NCBI GenBank assembly: GCA_021796215.1
Contig: JAJYOK010000006.1
Coordinates: forward strand, 201-64,200
DNA: 64,000 nucleotides
Reading direction: 5' to 3'
Origin: Bacteroidota bacterium
GTDB lineage: Bacteria > Bacteroidota > Ignavibacteria > UBA10030 > UBA8401
Within the stretch, counting starts at the first letter, position 1. Each line of letters opens with the position of its first letter. Below are positions 10,578-21,001 of the stretch, in pieces. The notes below the pieces were generated by a model that was not told where the DNA came from, ran no database searches, and saw nothing but the letters and a program-made list of their open reading frames with translations. The translations under genes were made by a program, and so were the position numbers.

Positions 10578-11909
10578 TTACTTCCCGATTACTCCCATCG
10601 CTTTTTGCAGCCGAATCAGCGAACTGTTGTAATCGGCAAGCGCTTGAATATAGGTGATGCGTGCGTTCGACAACGTGACCTGCGCGTCGGTAATTTCAAT
10701 CGGCGAGCCGACGCCGGAATTGTATCGTCCTTCCGCAAGCTTCAGATTTTCTACCGCCTGCGTCACCAATTTTGCTGACGCGCCGATGCGCTCACCGGCT
10801 TCTTTCAGCGAAAGATAATTCTGCTCGACATCTAACCGCACGGATTCTTTCAGCAAATCAAGCGATGCTTGCGCCGCATCGGTGTTTGCTTCCGCCTGCT
10901 GCACCTGTGCTTCCACATTGAATCCTTGGAACAACGGCACGCTGAGCGTGATGCCGCCCGTCCATCTGCTCACTAAAGGGAAATCAAATCCGTTCCATGT
11001 GTACGAACCGCTCAGCGCAAGCGACGGGAGATTTTGATCCCACGCTGCGGATGCAAGCGCTTGGTTCGCTCGAACACGTGCTTCGGCGGCGGAGACTTCC
11101 GGGCGGGACTCAAGCGCAATTGCTTTTGCAGAATCGAGCGGCATGGCGAATGATGTGGTATCGAATGTATTCTGCACAGCGTACGCCTGTGCCGGGTGGA
11201 CTCCCATAGCATTTTCTAATTGCACTTTTGCGATGCGAACCTGATTTCGCGCTCTGATCAAATTGACATTCGCATTCGCAAGGTCTACCTCGGATTTTGT
11301 CACATCGAACTGCGGCCGGCTGCCGACTTTATAGAATGCCTGCGCTTCTTTCAAATGGTCTTCCGCCTGCTTCACTGCTTCTTCGTCCACACCTACCAAG
11401 CGCTGCGCCTGAACAAATGCGATGTAGGCAAGCTCAACATTCATCACTACGTTATCACGTGTTGAATTGTAGTCGAACGAGCTTGCGCTGTACAAATCTT
11501 CCGATGCCGAAACGCGCCCTCCGGTTTTTCCAAAGTCATAAATCGTTTGCTGGAGCGAAGCACCCGTGGAATAGTTGTTATAGAACTGCGTTCGTGCAGG
11601 AAACGATGGATTGAAAACGAAGGCGCCGCCGGTACGCGTGCCGGACGCATTCAAACTCAGCGAAGGAAAATAATTTGACTGTGCCTGCGTAACCGAGGAC
11701 GACGCCGAACGCACAGATGCTTCCGCAGAGCGAAGCAGCGGCTGATGACCAAGTGCGATGCGAACGGCCTGCTCCATGGTAAGCGAATCGGAAATCACTT
11801 CCGCTGTGTTATTGCCGGAACTGTTTTCAATTTGCGAGTGACTGATTCCCGCGGCAAAAAAAACTACCGTAAAAACGTACCGTGCTGATTTCAGATATTC
11901 CCGTTTCAT
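10578..11909 (-). CDS. TolC-family outer membrane efflux protein
   Basis: Signal peptide and two OEP repeats (YFPSLSL...LQQTIYDFG; LPSLAL...LSVPLFQG; AEGRYNSGV). Start set at MKREYLK. Confidence 0.92.
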   Translation of the reverse strand: MKREYLKSARYVFTVVFFAAGISHSQIENSSGNNTAEVISDSLTMEQAVRIALGHQPLLRSAEASVRSASSSVTQAQSNYFPSLSLNASGTRTGGAFVFNPSFPARTQFYNNYSTGASLQQTIYDFGKTGGRVSASEDLYSASSFDYNSTRDNVVMNVELAYIAFVQAQRLVGVDEEAVKQAEDHLKEAQAFYKVGSRPQFDVTKSEVDLANANVNLIRARNQVRIAKVQLENAMGVHPAQAYAVQNTFDTTSFAMPLDSAKAIALESRPEVSAAEARVRANQALASAAWDQNLPSLALSGSYTWNGFDFPLVSRWTGGITLSVPLFQGFNVEAQVQQAEANTDAAQASLDLLKESVRLDVEQNYLSLKEAGERIGASAKLVTQAVENLKLAEGRYNSGVGSPIEITDAQVTLSNARITYIQALADYNSSLIRLQKAMGVIGK

Positions 11910-11910
11910 T

Positions 11911-14900
11911 CTACGCAGTCTCCTCATCGTTCTTCAGTTTCCTCTTGAAGTGTTCCTCAAAAATTGTGTACAAGACCGGGACGAAGAACAATGTCAGTGT
12001 TGTCGAAACCGTCAATCCGCCGATCACTGCAATTGCCAACGGCGCTTGTGTTGATTCGCCGCCAAACCCGATTGCCATCGGAATAAGTCCAAGGACCGTT
12101 GCAAGCGATGTCATCAGGATCGGTTTCAACCGCGTGCGCCCGGCTTTCAGGACAGCGTCGTGCAATTCAAGTCCGCTTACGCGGAGGCGATTGGTATAAT
12201 CAACAAGAAGAATTCCGTTGCTTACCACAATCCCCACCATCACAATGATTCCTTGAAACGATGTTACCGAAAGCGTTGTGTTGGTCAGAAATAATGTCCA
12301 GAAAACACCGACAATACCGAGCGGCACCGTGAACATGATGATGAACGGATCAATCAGCGATTGGAATTGTGACGCCATAACGACATAGACAAGAAGAATT
12401 GCCAGTGCAAATGCGAGTAAAAGATCCTGGAATGTTTGCTGCTGCTGTTCGACGTTGCCGCCAAGATGCAGTTGAAATCCGTTTGGCACCTGAACGGTAT
12501 CAAGCCGCGCCTGAATGTCTTTCGCAACACTTCCGAGGTCGCGGTCTTTCACGTTCGCCGTAACATCTACAATGCGCTGCTGGTATTTTCGGTCAATTTG
12601 CACCGGTGCGGCAGTTTTCTCAATTGTTGCTATGTTGCCGAGCAGCACCTGTTCTCCGGTTGCCGTTGTGAGAACAATTTTTTTCAGGTCGTCAATGTTC
12701 GAACGGAAATCTTCATTGAGCCGCACGAGAATATTCGAAGTGTTGCCGGTAACCGGATCGGTGTACAGCGACGCGACACTGCCATTGACGTACGTGCTGA
12801 CCGTGTTTGCGACCTGCGCAACATTGAGACCGAGAACGCCTGCTTTATCGCGGTCAATCTTCACATCCAGTTCCGGCAGATTATCGTCGCGGCTCACCTG
12901 CACATCTACAGCGCCCGGCGTTGACTGAACAATCCCTTGCACTTCTTTCGCCAATGCAGAACCTTGATCAAGATCGAAGCCGCGTACTTCAACGTCAATC
13001 GGAGCGTTTGCGCCGAAGTTCAGGAGAAAACTCAAAAAGCCCCCCGGGCTCATAAAGACCGTTGCACCGGGAATTCTTGTCAGCTTTGGTCTCAACGCAT
13101 CCACGACTTCAAACACGCTTCGCTTTCGCTGGTCTGCCGGAATGAGTGCGACGCGGATATTGGCAGAGTGGCTTCCCGAGTTCCGGCTGAAGAAATTTCC
13201 GCTGCGGGCAGAAGGAATACCGATATCGGAAATCATTGTTTGAAGCTCAGGCACATTTTTCGTAATGATGCTTTCAATTTGCTTTACAACTCTATCGGTT
13301 TCAGAAGCGCGCGTACCGACAGGTAATTTAACGGTAACGCTGAATTGCCCTTCGTCCTGCTGGGGGAAAAATTCTGTTCCGATAAATTTGAACAAACCGA
13401 ACGAAAGCAGAGACACGCCAAGAATTCCCAGGACAACGAAACGACGATGGCTCAACGTCCAGTGAAGCCGCTGTTCATACCATTCATCAAGCTTTTCAAG
13501 CTGGTCATAAGCAAAAACGCGGGCGCGGTCGGAAAATTTCCTCGACCCGCGATCCAATTCTTTTTCAGGGCCGAGGTAGTTCAAGCACATTAGCGGCGTA
13601 ACAGTACGGGAAATGAAAAACGATCCGAACAGCGCTACGGCAATGGTGAGCGTCAAGGGAACAAAGAGAAGCTTTGCAACACCGGTGAGGAAAACAATCG
13701 GGAGAAACACGATCACCGTTGACAATGTGGAAATAAAGATCGGCGATGCGACTTCCTTCGCGGCTTCTAACGTTGCCGCAATTTTCGATTGGCCGGGTTT
13801 CCGTTCGTTATAATGACGCGTGATAACCTCAAGCTCGACAATGGAATCGTCAACCAATCGTCCCACCGCAAGTGCCAATCCGCCGAATGTCATAATATTC
13901 AGCGTGACATTTCCGAAGCGGAACATGATAAAGGTAATGAGAATCGAAAGCGGAATGGCAACGATAATGATAATCGTTCCGCGAACATTGCGAAGGAAAA
14001 GGAGAATTATGATCATTGCAAGAATTGCGCCGAACATTGCCTCGCGCTGCAATCCTGAAATTGTCTGACGGATATATAACGACTGATCGAACGACAACGA
14101 CATATGCACCGATTCAGGAACGCCGTTGAGGTGCGGCAATGAACGAAGCACATTGTCAACGACGCTCACAGTGTTTGCGCTCGCCAGCTTCTGCACACTG
14201 AGCATCACTCCGGGCTTGCCGTTGATCCGAATGATTTCAGTTTGCTCCTGATAGCTGTCTTCAACCGTCCCGATATCTTTGATGCGAATCGGAACGCCGT
14301 TCACCGTCTTCACAATGATGTTTTCCATCGGCTGCACAACGTTGAACTGGCTTTCTGTTTTCAGCGAGTAATCGAATTTTCCCGTCTTAAGATCGCCGGA
14401 CGGAATAATAAGATTGGCATTCGCAATTGCAGTCAACACCGCTTGCACAGGAAGCTGCAGCGCCTCCATCCTTTTCTCATCCAGCGTGACATGAATTTCA
14501 CGGATGCGTCCGCCAAGCACTTGCGCCGACGCAACACCGGGAAGGTGCTCAATTTGCGGTTCGATAGTGTTGAGCGCAAGATCGTACATATCCCGCTCGT
14601 CCATATCAGAATTGATGCCGATGGTGCAGACCGGCAAACTTGAAAGATCGAAACGGAGAGACGCCGGTTGGGAAACGCCGGTCGGAAGCTGATTCAGAAT
14701 ACGGTTGACGCGCTGGATAACATCAACAAGCCCGACGTCGGTGTTCGCATCCCAGTTGAAATAAATACGAACCTGCGAAATACCTTCGCGCGTCGAAGAC
14801 TGGACATAGTTCACGTCGTTCACGGAACTGACGGTGCGCTCGATAATCGTCGTGACCGATTGTTCCATGTCGAGTGGTCCGGCGCCCGGATAAAATGTTA

Positions 14901-15042
14901 CCGTGCTGACAACTGGGATCGTAATGTTCGGAAGAAGATCAATAGGAAGCTGTTCAACGGAAATGAATCCCATGACGACGATCGTCACGGCGATGAGAAA
15001 TGTAGAGATGGGGTACTTAAGCGCAAGCCGGGTTAGCCACAT
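11911..15042 (-). CDS. RND efflux transporter permease (AcrB/AcrD/AcrF family)
   Basis: 1043 aa; LPIDLLP, GRLVDDSIV, VSNGILLVD, RLKPILMT. Confidence 0.95.
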   Translation of the reverse strand: MWLTRLALKYPISTFLIAVTIVVMGFISVEQLPIDLLPNITIPVVSTVTFYPGAGPLDMEQSVTTIIERTVSSVNDVNYVQSSTREGISQVRIYFNWDANTDVGLVDVIQRVNRILNQLPTGVSQPASLRFDLSSLPVCTIGINSDMDERDMYDLALNTIEPQIEHLPGVASAQVLGGRIREIHVTLDEKRMEALQLPVQAVLTAIANANLIIPSGDLKTGKFDYSLKTESQFNVVQPMENIIVKTVNGVPIRIKDIGTVEDSYQEQTEIIRINGKPGVMLSVQKLASANTVSVVDNVLRSLPHLNGVPESVHMSLSFDQSLYIRQTISGLQREAMFGAILAMIIILLFLRNVRGTIIIIVAIPLSILITFIMFRFGNVTLNIMTFGGLALAVGRLVDDSIVELEVITRHYNERKPGQSKIAATLEAAKEVASPIFISTLSTVIVFLPIVFLTGVAKLLFVPLTLTIAVALFGSFFISRTVTPLMCLNYLGPEKELDRGSRKFSDRARVFAYDQLEKLDEWYEQRLHWTLSHRRFVVLGILGVSLLSFGLFKFIGTEFFPQQDEGQFSVTVKLPVGTRASETDRVVKQIESIITKNVPELQTMISDIGIPSARSGNFFSRNSGSHSANIRVALIPADQRKRSVFEVVDALRPKLTRIPGATVFMSPGGFLSFLLNFGANAPIDVEVRGFDLDQGSALAKEVQGIVQSTPGAVDVQVSRDDNLPELDVKIDRDKAGVLGLNVAQVANTVSTYVNGSVASLYTDPVTGNTSNILVRLNEDFRSNIDDLKKIVLTTATGEQVLLGNIATIEKTAAPVQIDRKYQQRIVDVTANVKDRDLGSVAKDIQARLDTVQVPNGFQLHLGGNVEQQQQTFQDLLLAFALAILLVYVVMASQFQSLIDPFIIMFTVPLGIVGVFWTLFLTNTTLSVTSFQGIIVMVGIVVSNGILLVDYTNRLRVSGLELHDAVLKAGRTRLKPILMTSLATVLGLIPMAIGFGGESTQAPLAIAVIGGLTVSTTLTLFFVPVLYTIFEEHFKRKLKNDEETA

Positions 15043-15060
15043 ATAATTCTTTTTTTCTGA

Positions 15061-16113
15061 TTATTGCTGAACGGTAACGGTGCCGCCATCGTGAAGAAAT
15101 TGCTGCCCGGTGGTAATGATTGTTTCCTCACCGGTAAGCCCCGAGGTAATTTCGGTGCGCGTACCGACTTCAATGCCGGGCTGCACGCGGACTTTTTTTG
15201 CAGTATTGTTAACAAGAGCGAACACAAACTGCCCGATGTTATCTTTCATAAGCGCATACGTCGGAACAGTAATTGCATTCGGATGCTGCGAAACAACAAG
15301 CGTGACGGTGGCAAACATTCCGGGTTTCAGAGAATTGTCTTTATTCGGAATATCTATTTCAACCGCCATCGTTCGCGTGGAAAGATCAACCGCCTGGCTA
15401 AGGCGGGAAATTGTGCCTTCGTATTCTTTTCCCGGAAACGCATCAACCGTGACGATCGCTTTTTTTCCGACGGTGATAAGGGGAATATCTTTTTCCAGGA
15501 TGTTGACAATGACTTTCACGCTGTCTAAATCCATAAGCGAAAACAGTGTTGAGTTGTTGTTGGTTACGAGCGCACCGGCATCGAGATACCGTTTTGTAAT
15601 ATAACCGGAGAACGGTGCGGTGATGCGCGCATAGCTCAATTTTGTTTTTGCCGTTGCATAATTGGCGAGCGCGACTTTCATTGTTGCTTCTGCGTTGTCC
15701 CGGTCCTGTTTCGCTACAAGATTCTGCTTCAACAATTGTTCATTCCGTTGATAAATGATGCGGGCGTTGGCATACGTCGCTGCGGTTTGCTGCACTTGCT
15801 GATACAATTCTGTTGTATCAATCACAGCGAGCAGTTGATCGTGGCGCACATGCGTCCCCATATCCACGAACACACGGTCAAGATTGCCGCTGACCTTCGA
15901 GTAAATGCTCGCCTGCTGGATGGCAATAACATCGCCGTTGAATTGTAATTTGTATTCGACTGTTTCACGCGCAGGTTTTTCCACTTTCACAAGCGGTATA
16001 TTGCTGCGCCGGGCATCCGCTGAATTTCCGACGGCACTGAAGCGGGCAACAATGAGAACAACTAAAGCGAGCGCGATGATTCCAACGATGAGATACGACC
16101 GAAATTTTTTCAT
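15061..16113 (-). CDS. RND efflux periplasmic adaptor (MFP)
   Basis: N-terminal TM, ITAPFSGYI, LKPGMFA; directly upstream of the RND gene. Start uncertain (ATG 16113 or TTG 16137). Confidence 0.9.
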   Translation of the reverse strand: MKKFRSYLIVGIIALALVVLIVARFSAVGNSADARRSNIPLVKVEKPARETVEYKLQFNGDVIAIQQASIYSKVSGNLDRVFVDMGTHVRHDQLLAVIDTTELYQQVQQTAATYANARIIYQRNEQLLKQNLVAKQDRDNAEATMKVALANYATAKTKLSYARITAPFSGYITKRYLDAGALVTNNNSTLFSLMDLDSVKVIVNILEKDIPLITVGKKAIVTVDAFPGKEYEGTISRLSQAVDLSTRTMAVEIDIPNKDNSLKPGMFATVTLVVSQHPNAITVPTYALMKDNIGQFVFALVNNTAKKVRVQPGIEVGTRTEITSGLTGEETIITTGQQFLHDGGTVTVQQ

Positions 16114-16335
16114 ACCGATGTTTTTGCCGTCGGGCAAAATCCTTTAACTTATTTTTCGACTCATTAGGTTGATTAGTTGAAAAATTTACGAAAAAAAGAT
16201 TTTAAACTCCACTTTCCTGTGTAATTTCACTTACTCTACTGACCACCGGGGAGGTACTATCGTGGGACAGTACAAAGGAATTAACCACATTACGAAATTA
16301 GACGTTCCCCGTGCTCGAATGTTTAATAGAGGTAA

Positions 16336-17505
16336 TTACGCAGATCGCAACGCCGCAATGATGTTCAGCCGCGCGGCGCGAAATGCGGGAAGAAATCCGC
16401 CGACAAATCCCATAGCAAGTGCAAAGAGGAGAGTGCCGAGAACAATTCCCGGCGTTAATGAAAAGCCGAATGCCAGTTCAGCGAACGATCCGAAATTTGT
16501 CGTTGAGAAGCTGACAAACTGAAGAAACGATGCGATGATAATGCCGATGGCGCCGCCGATAAGCGAAAGCATCAGCGACTCGGCAAGAAATGCGGCGAGC
16601 ACGCTGCGCCGGCGAAAACCGAGCGCGCGCAGGGTTCCAATTTCTACCGTGCGGTTCGATACAGCGGCATACATCGTAATCATCGCGCCGATCATTGCGC
16701 CAAAGCTGAAAATAATTGTGATGACCAACCCAAGCGCGCGGATAAATGTCGCCATAAATTCAGATTGCTCTTCGAAATATTGTTTTTCACGTTTCGGTTC
16801 AAGCTCCTGCAGCCGTTGTTCTGCAGAAAGTTTTGTTTTCAATGTCTCAAAGTCGTCCGGGTTTTTCAGCTTCAGTGTAAGAGAAGAATAAACCGGGCGG
16901 TTGAATGCAAGCATTAGCTGTTCCGTGTCTCCCCAAATCTCGGAAGCGAATCCTGTTTTGCCGGCATCAAACAACCCGACGATTGTCCACAGGTTCGTGC
17001 CGATTTGAATTTTTTGCCCGATTGCTGTGCCGTCGAACTCGTCTGCAATAGCATTCCCCACAACAATTTCGTTCGAGCCGAATTGCAGCATCCGCCCTTC
17101 TTTTATTGTTACCTCAGGATGAACGGCAAGAATTTCCGGAGAAACACCGCGCACTGTTACATTGCCCATGTCATTTGTTTTTTTCTTGTGAAGATTAATA
17201 ATGGTGACCATGTTGGCAGACGCAAGCGGCTTGCCATTCTTGTCCGCTGCGATTTCTGGAAATGTTTCAATGAGTGCTGCAGATTCACGGCTGACAGCGC
17301 TCAGCAATTCGCTCTGCGCCGATTTTCTGAGAATAATGACGTTGTCATCAGATCCCGTGGAAACGAGTGTTGTCTTAACCCCCTGTGCAAGCATAAGCAC
17401 TGCGGCAAATACGAAAACAACGAGAGCAATGCCGCCGACCGTCAGCAGCGTTGTGAGACGGCGCGTCCAAAGGTTGCGGAGATTGTATGTTAAAGGAATT
17501 TTCAT
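16336..17505 (-). CDS. ABC transporter permease (FtsX/MacB-like)
   Basis: RNLWTRRLTT, RTVEIGTLRALGF, GGFLPAFRAA. Confidence 0.92.
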   Translation of the reverse strand: MKIPLTYNLRNLWTRRLTTLLTVGGIALVVFVFAAVLMLAQGVKTTLVSTGSDDNVIILRKSAQSELLSAVSRESAALIETFPEIAADKNGKPLASANMVTIINLHKKKTNDMGNVTVRGVSPEILAVHPEVTIKEGRMLQFGSNEIVVGNAIADEFDGTAIGQKIQIGTNLWTIVGLFDAGKTGFASEIWGDTEQLMLAFNRPVYSSLTLKLKNPDDFETLKTKLSAEQRLQELEPKREKQYFEEQSEFMATFIRALGLVITIIFSFGAMIGAMITMYAAVSNRTVEIGTLRALGFRRRSVLAAFLAESLMLSLIGGAIGIIIASFLQFVSFSTTNFGSFAELAFGFSLTPGIVLGTLLFALAMGFVGGFLPAFRAARLNIIAALRSA

Positions 17506-17525
17506 AAGCCGCCGGTAAATTGTCG

Positions 17526-18689
17526 TTATCCGATTTGGCGCAAGCCGTCAACGATTTTAATATTTGCCGACCGTATGGCGGGGAAAATTGATGCCACTGC
17601 ACCGATGATAATTGAAAATACTGCTGCAAGCGCCAATGTTGAATTGGCAATATTGAACACCGGAAAGAATGTCGGAAACGCAGCTCCAAATCCTGCAACA
17701 ACCGGGAATGTGAATGCTACGCCGATGGCGCCGCCGATAATCGAAATAAACAGCGCTTCGCCCGCCACCAAAATGAAAATGTGTTTCGATGTAAAGCCAA
17801 GGGTTTTCAACACAGCGTATTCCCTGATGCGCTCGCGTGCCGACATGATAATTGTATTCGCGAGCACAAGCAAAATAATACCGATGATGACATACGAAAC
17901 AATCTCCAGCGAAGTAATAATGGCGCTCGAAAGAGAGACAAAGCTTTGCTGGAATGCTTTTTCGGTTTCGGTTTTTGTCTTTGCCGGCGAATTCTCAAAC
18001 ATGCGATCAACCGCTTCGGAAACTGCCGGTGCGTCTTCCGGATTGTCAATGCGAATGATGTACCAGCCGACGTTCCCTGCACGGAACGGTGAATCCTGCT
18101 TCAGCTTTTCATCCAAATACGTCCAGTGGAAAAACATCTGCGTTGGATCAACTGTTTTGTCTTTCGGTTTGTAGATGCCGCGTATTACGAACTGCCATGT
18201 GCCCGGGAAAATATCTCCTTGAATCGTAATGATGTCGCCAATTTTGAAATTGAACTCTTTCGCGATTTTTTCACCGATAACACACGAGTTGCGTTCCCGT
18301 TTGAATGCTTCGAGCTGATCGTGCGGCAATAAAAATTCAGGATAGAGATCAAAAATTGTTTCCGCATCAACCGCCATGCGCGGGAAAAAATGTTCCGGGC
18401 GGTTGTCAACGTATGTTCCCTGAAACCACGTAGCAAACGACACCTCGGAAACACCGGGTACTTTTGCAATCTGGTCGCGGTAGGAATATGGCAGCGGGAA
18501 AATAAATGAAACGGCGTCGCGCGAGATCAGCCGGTTTGATGCCGATGCGTCAACACCGGCGTACCATGCCGTGACAACCGTCCGTAAAAGTCCGAACGCA
18601 AGGATTGCCACCGCCAGGCCGAGCATCGTCAGCGATGTTCGAAGCTTGTGCCGCAGCAGATTTTTAGCGATGAGTTTAAAAAATTTCAT
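17526..18689 (-). CDS. ABC transporter permease (FtsX/MacB-like)
   Basis: KNLLRHKLRT, RERIREYAVLKTLGF. Confidence 0.92.
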   Translation of the reverse strand: MKFFKLIAKNLLRHKLRTSLTMLGLAVAILAFGLLRTVVTAWYAGVDASASNRLISRDAVSFIFPLPYSYRDQIAKVPGVSEVSFATWFQGTYVDNRPEHFFPRMAVDAETIFDLYPEFLLPHDQLEAFKRERNSCVIGEKIAKEFNFKIGDIITIQGDIFPGTWQFVIRGIYKPKDKTVDPTQMFFHWTYLDEKLKQDSPFRAGNVGWYIIRIDNPEDAPAVSEAVDRMFENSPAKTKTETEKAFQQSFVSLSSAIITSLEIVSYVIIGIILLVLANTIIMSARERIREYAVLKTLGFTSKHIFILVAGEALFISIIGGAIGVAFTFPVVAGFGAAFPTFFPVFNIANSTLALAAVFSIIIGAVASIFPAIRSANIKIVDGLRQIG

Positions 18690-19363
18690 TGAATCAGCTC
18701 GCCTTTTTCAAGATGCTGCGTTTTGTGGGCGCGCTCCGCTGCGCGCGGATCGTGTGTTACCATCACAATTGTTTTCTTGAACTCGCCGTTTAACCGTTCC
18801 ATCAACAGTAAAATTTCATCGGCGGATTTTTTATCAAGGTCGCCAGTCGGCTCATCCGCAACGATGATTGTCGGGTCTGTGACAATTGCGCGCGCAATGG
18901 CGACGCGCTGTTCCTGTCCGCCGGAAAGCTGTTTAGGATAATGATGAATGCGGTCGGCGAGCCCGACAACATTCAGCGCTGTTTCGACATGCTCTTTGCG
19001 TTCTTTTTTCGAAAGATGTGTCAACAGAAGGGGCAGTTCGACGTTTTCAAACGCCGTTAGCACCGGCATCAAATTATAAAATTGGAAAACGAACCCGACA
19101 TGGCGCGACCGCCATTGCGCAAGAGCCGATTCACCGAGCTGAACAATATTCGTTCCTGCGACATTGATAGAGCCGTTGTTCGGCCGGTCAATGCCCGCAA
19201 TAAGATTGAGCAGTGTTGTTTTACCGGAGCCGGACGGACCCATTAGTGCAAGGAATTCTCCTTCGGGCACATCGAGCGTGATGTTTTGTAAAACCGGAAT
19301 TTCAATGGAATCCCGATGGTAACTTTTTGAGACATCGTGAACTTGAACAATTGTGTCTGCCAT
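18686..19363 (-). CDS. ABC transporter ATP-binding protein (LolD/MacB-like)
   Basis: Walker A GPSGSGKT, signature LSGGQEQR, Walker [14 protein letters not shown]. Confidence 0.96.
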   Translation of the reverse strand: MADTIVQVHDVSKSYHRDSIEIPVLQNITLDVPEGEFLALMGPSGSGKTTLLNLIAGIDRPNNGSINVAGTNIVQLGESALAQWRSRHVGFVFQFYNLMPVLTAFENVELPLLLTHLSKKERKEHVETALNVVGLADRIHHYPKQLSGGQEQRVAIARAIVTDPTIIVADEPTGDLDKKSADEILLLMERLNGEFKKTIVMVTHDPRAAERAHKTQHLEKGELIQ

Positions 19364-19408
19364 AACGTGTCTATCTTTATGATGAAATGAGAGCGCTGAA
19401 GCGAAGCT

Positions 19409-20686
19409 TCAATGCTGCGTTGACAATTCTACTCTTGATCCGCTCGAAAGTTTTTCCGATGGGTGCAACACTACATTTTCTCCAACCGACAATCCTTGTT
19501 TCACTTCAACGCTGCTGCCGAGAAGCGAGCCGAGCGCGACCGGAACCATCGTAACGGTTTCGCCGTGCACAACAAAGACAACTTTCTTTCCGTCGCGCGT
19601 GGCAATAGCTGAAGACGGAACAGAAATTTTCAATGCGGCGTCATTCTGCGATGTTTCTTTGCTGAGGAACAATACCTTTGCGCTCATTTCGGGAAGCACG
19701 CGTTCATCGCGATCGAGGAATTCGACTTTTGTTAACACCGTTGCTTTCGCACGGTCGGCCGTCGGAACAATTTTATGGACAACGCCTTTGTATTGCTTGT
19801 CCGGTACGGCATCGAGAGTAATTTCGCACGGTTGGCCGGTATGAATTTTTTCGATGTATGATTCGGAAACATCGGCTTCCACCTGAAGCGAGGACATGTC
19901 CGCCATGGTTACAACAGCGCCGCGCGATCCTGCAGCCGCGCCGAATGGTGTAATCACCTCGCCGACGTTAGCATCTTTCGTCAACACAACGCCATCAAAC
20001 GGCGCGCGGATGTATGTGTTCTCGATATTGACTTCCGCCGCCGTGACTCCGGCATCTGCCTGAGCAACCGAAGCTTTTGCAGATTCTAGTCCGGCGATTG
20101 CTTTTTGGTAACGTGCATTTGCCGCATCATAATCCGCCTGCGAAATCAATTTTTGACTGAAGAGAGATTTCTGGCGTTCATAATTAGATTTTGCGTCATT
20201 GAATTCTGCCTGTGCCTGCGCAACACCGGCACGCGCAACTTCGCTTGCAGCTTTTGCCTGTCCGAGTGCCGCCTCTACATCGCTGCTCTCAAGCCTGCCG
20301 ATGATGCTTCCTTTTTTCACATGGTCCCCTTCTTCAACGGCGAGAAATTCCAGCCGCCCCGTGCCTTTCGATGCAACCGATGCTTTACGCTGAGCGACAA
20401 CATATCCGCTTGCAGTAAGCACGGCATTTGCCTGAGATGGTGAAGTGAGCGAAACCGGAACGGTCTCAACAATTTCTGAAGAAGAAACACCGCCGCCTAA
20501 CAGCAAAAAGGCAAGGACAATACACACCACGGCACCAAGAAGCGAAAAGACGAGAATTTTGTTTCGGGATGAAGGGCCTTTTGCGGCTCTTGTCGTTTCG
20601 TCACGCCGGATGCGAAGCGATGAAAGATCGCTGCTGCCGTTGGCGTCACGCTCTGTTTTTTCAAATTCAGACATAATAATATACAT
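19409..20686 (-). CDS. Efflux periplasmic adaptor (MFP)
   Basis: TM anchor, ASGYVVA, VEEGDHVKKG, IRAPFDGVV. Start may be 20674. Confidence 0.9.
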   Translation of the reverse strand: MYIIMSEFEKTERDANGSSDLSSLRIRRDETTRAAKGPSSRNKILVFSLLGAVVCIVLAFLLLGGGVSSSEIVETVPVSLTSPSQANAVLTASGYVVAQRKASVASKGTGRLEFLAVEEGDHVKKGSIIGRLESSDVEAALGQAKAASEVARAGVAQAQAEFNDAKSNYERQKSLFSQKLISQADYDAANARYQKAIAGLESAKASVAQADAGVTAAEVNIENTYIRAPFDGVVLTKDANVGEVITPFGAAAGSRGAVVTMADMSSLQVEADVSESYIEKIHTGQPCEITLDAVPDKQYKGVVHKIVPTADRAKATVLTKVEFLDRDERVLPEMSAKVLFLSKETSQNDAALKISVPSSAIATRDGKKVVFVVHGETVTMVPVALGSLLGSSVEVKQGLSVGENVVLHPSEKLSSGSRVELSTQH

Positions 20687-21001
20687 CTTCGGTTTTAAAG
20701 AGCATCTGACTTAACCCAAAAGAAAAACTGGCTATTGAAACACTGGATTGTTGGGAAATGTTTCAATTAATATGTGAAAAAAATCGAGATAAATCAACAA
20801 CTCTGCATGCGCGGTAGTAACTCATTCTTTCCCAATAGTCGAACAGTGGAAGAGAAATTCGACAGCCACTTTGCATTTCAAAATCTCATTCTTTATCTTG
20901 CTGACGATTTACAAAGAGAAATATTTCATCCTCTCTTGTCCAAAAAATTCCCTCATCAGAGGAATGCCAGATTACAATCATCAAGGTGAAAGGTCTACAT
21001 C

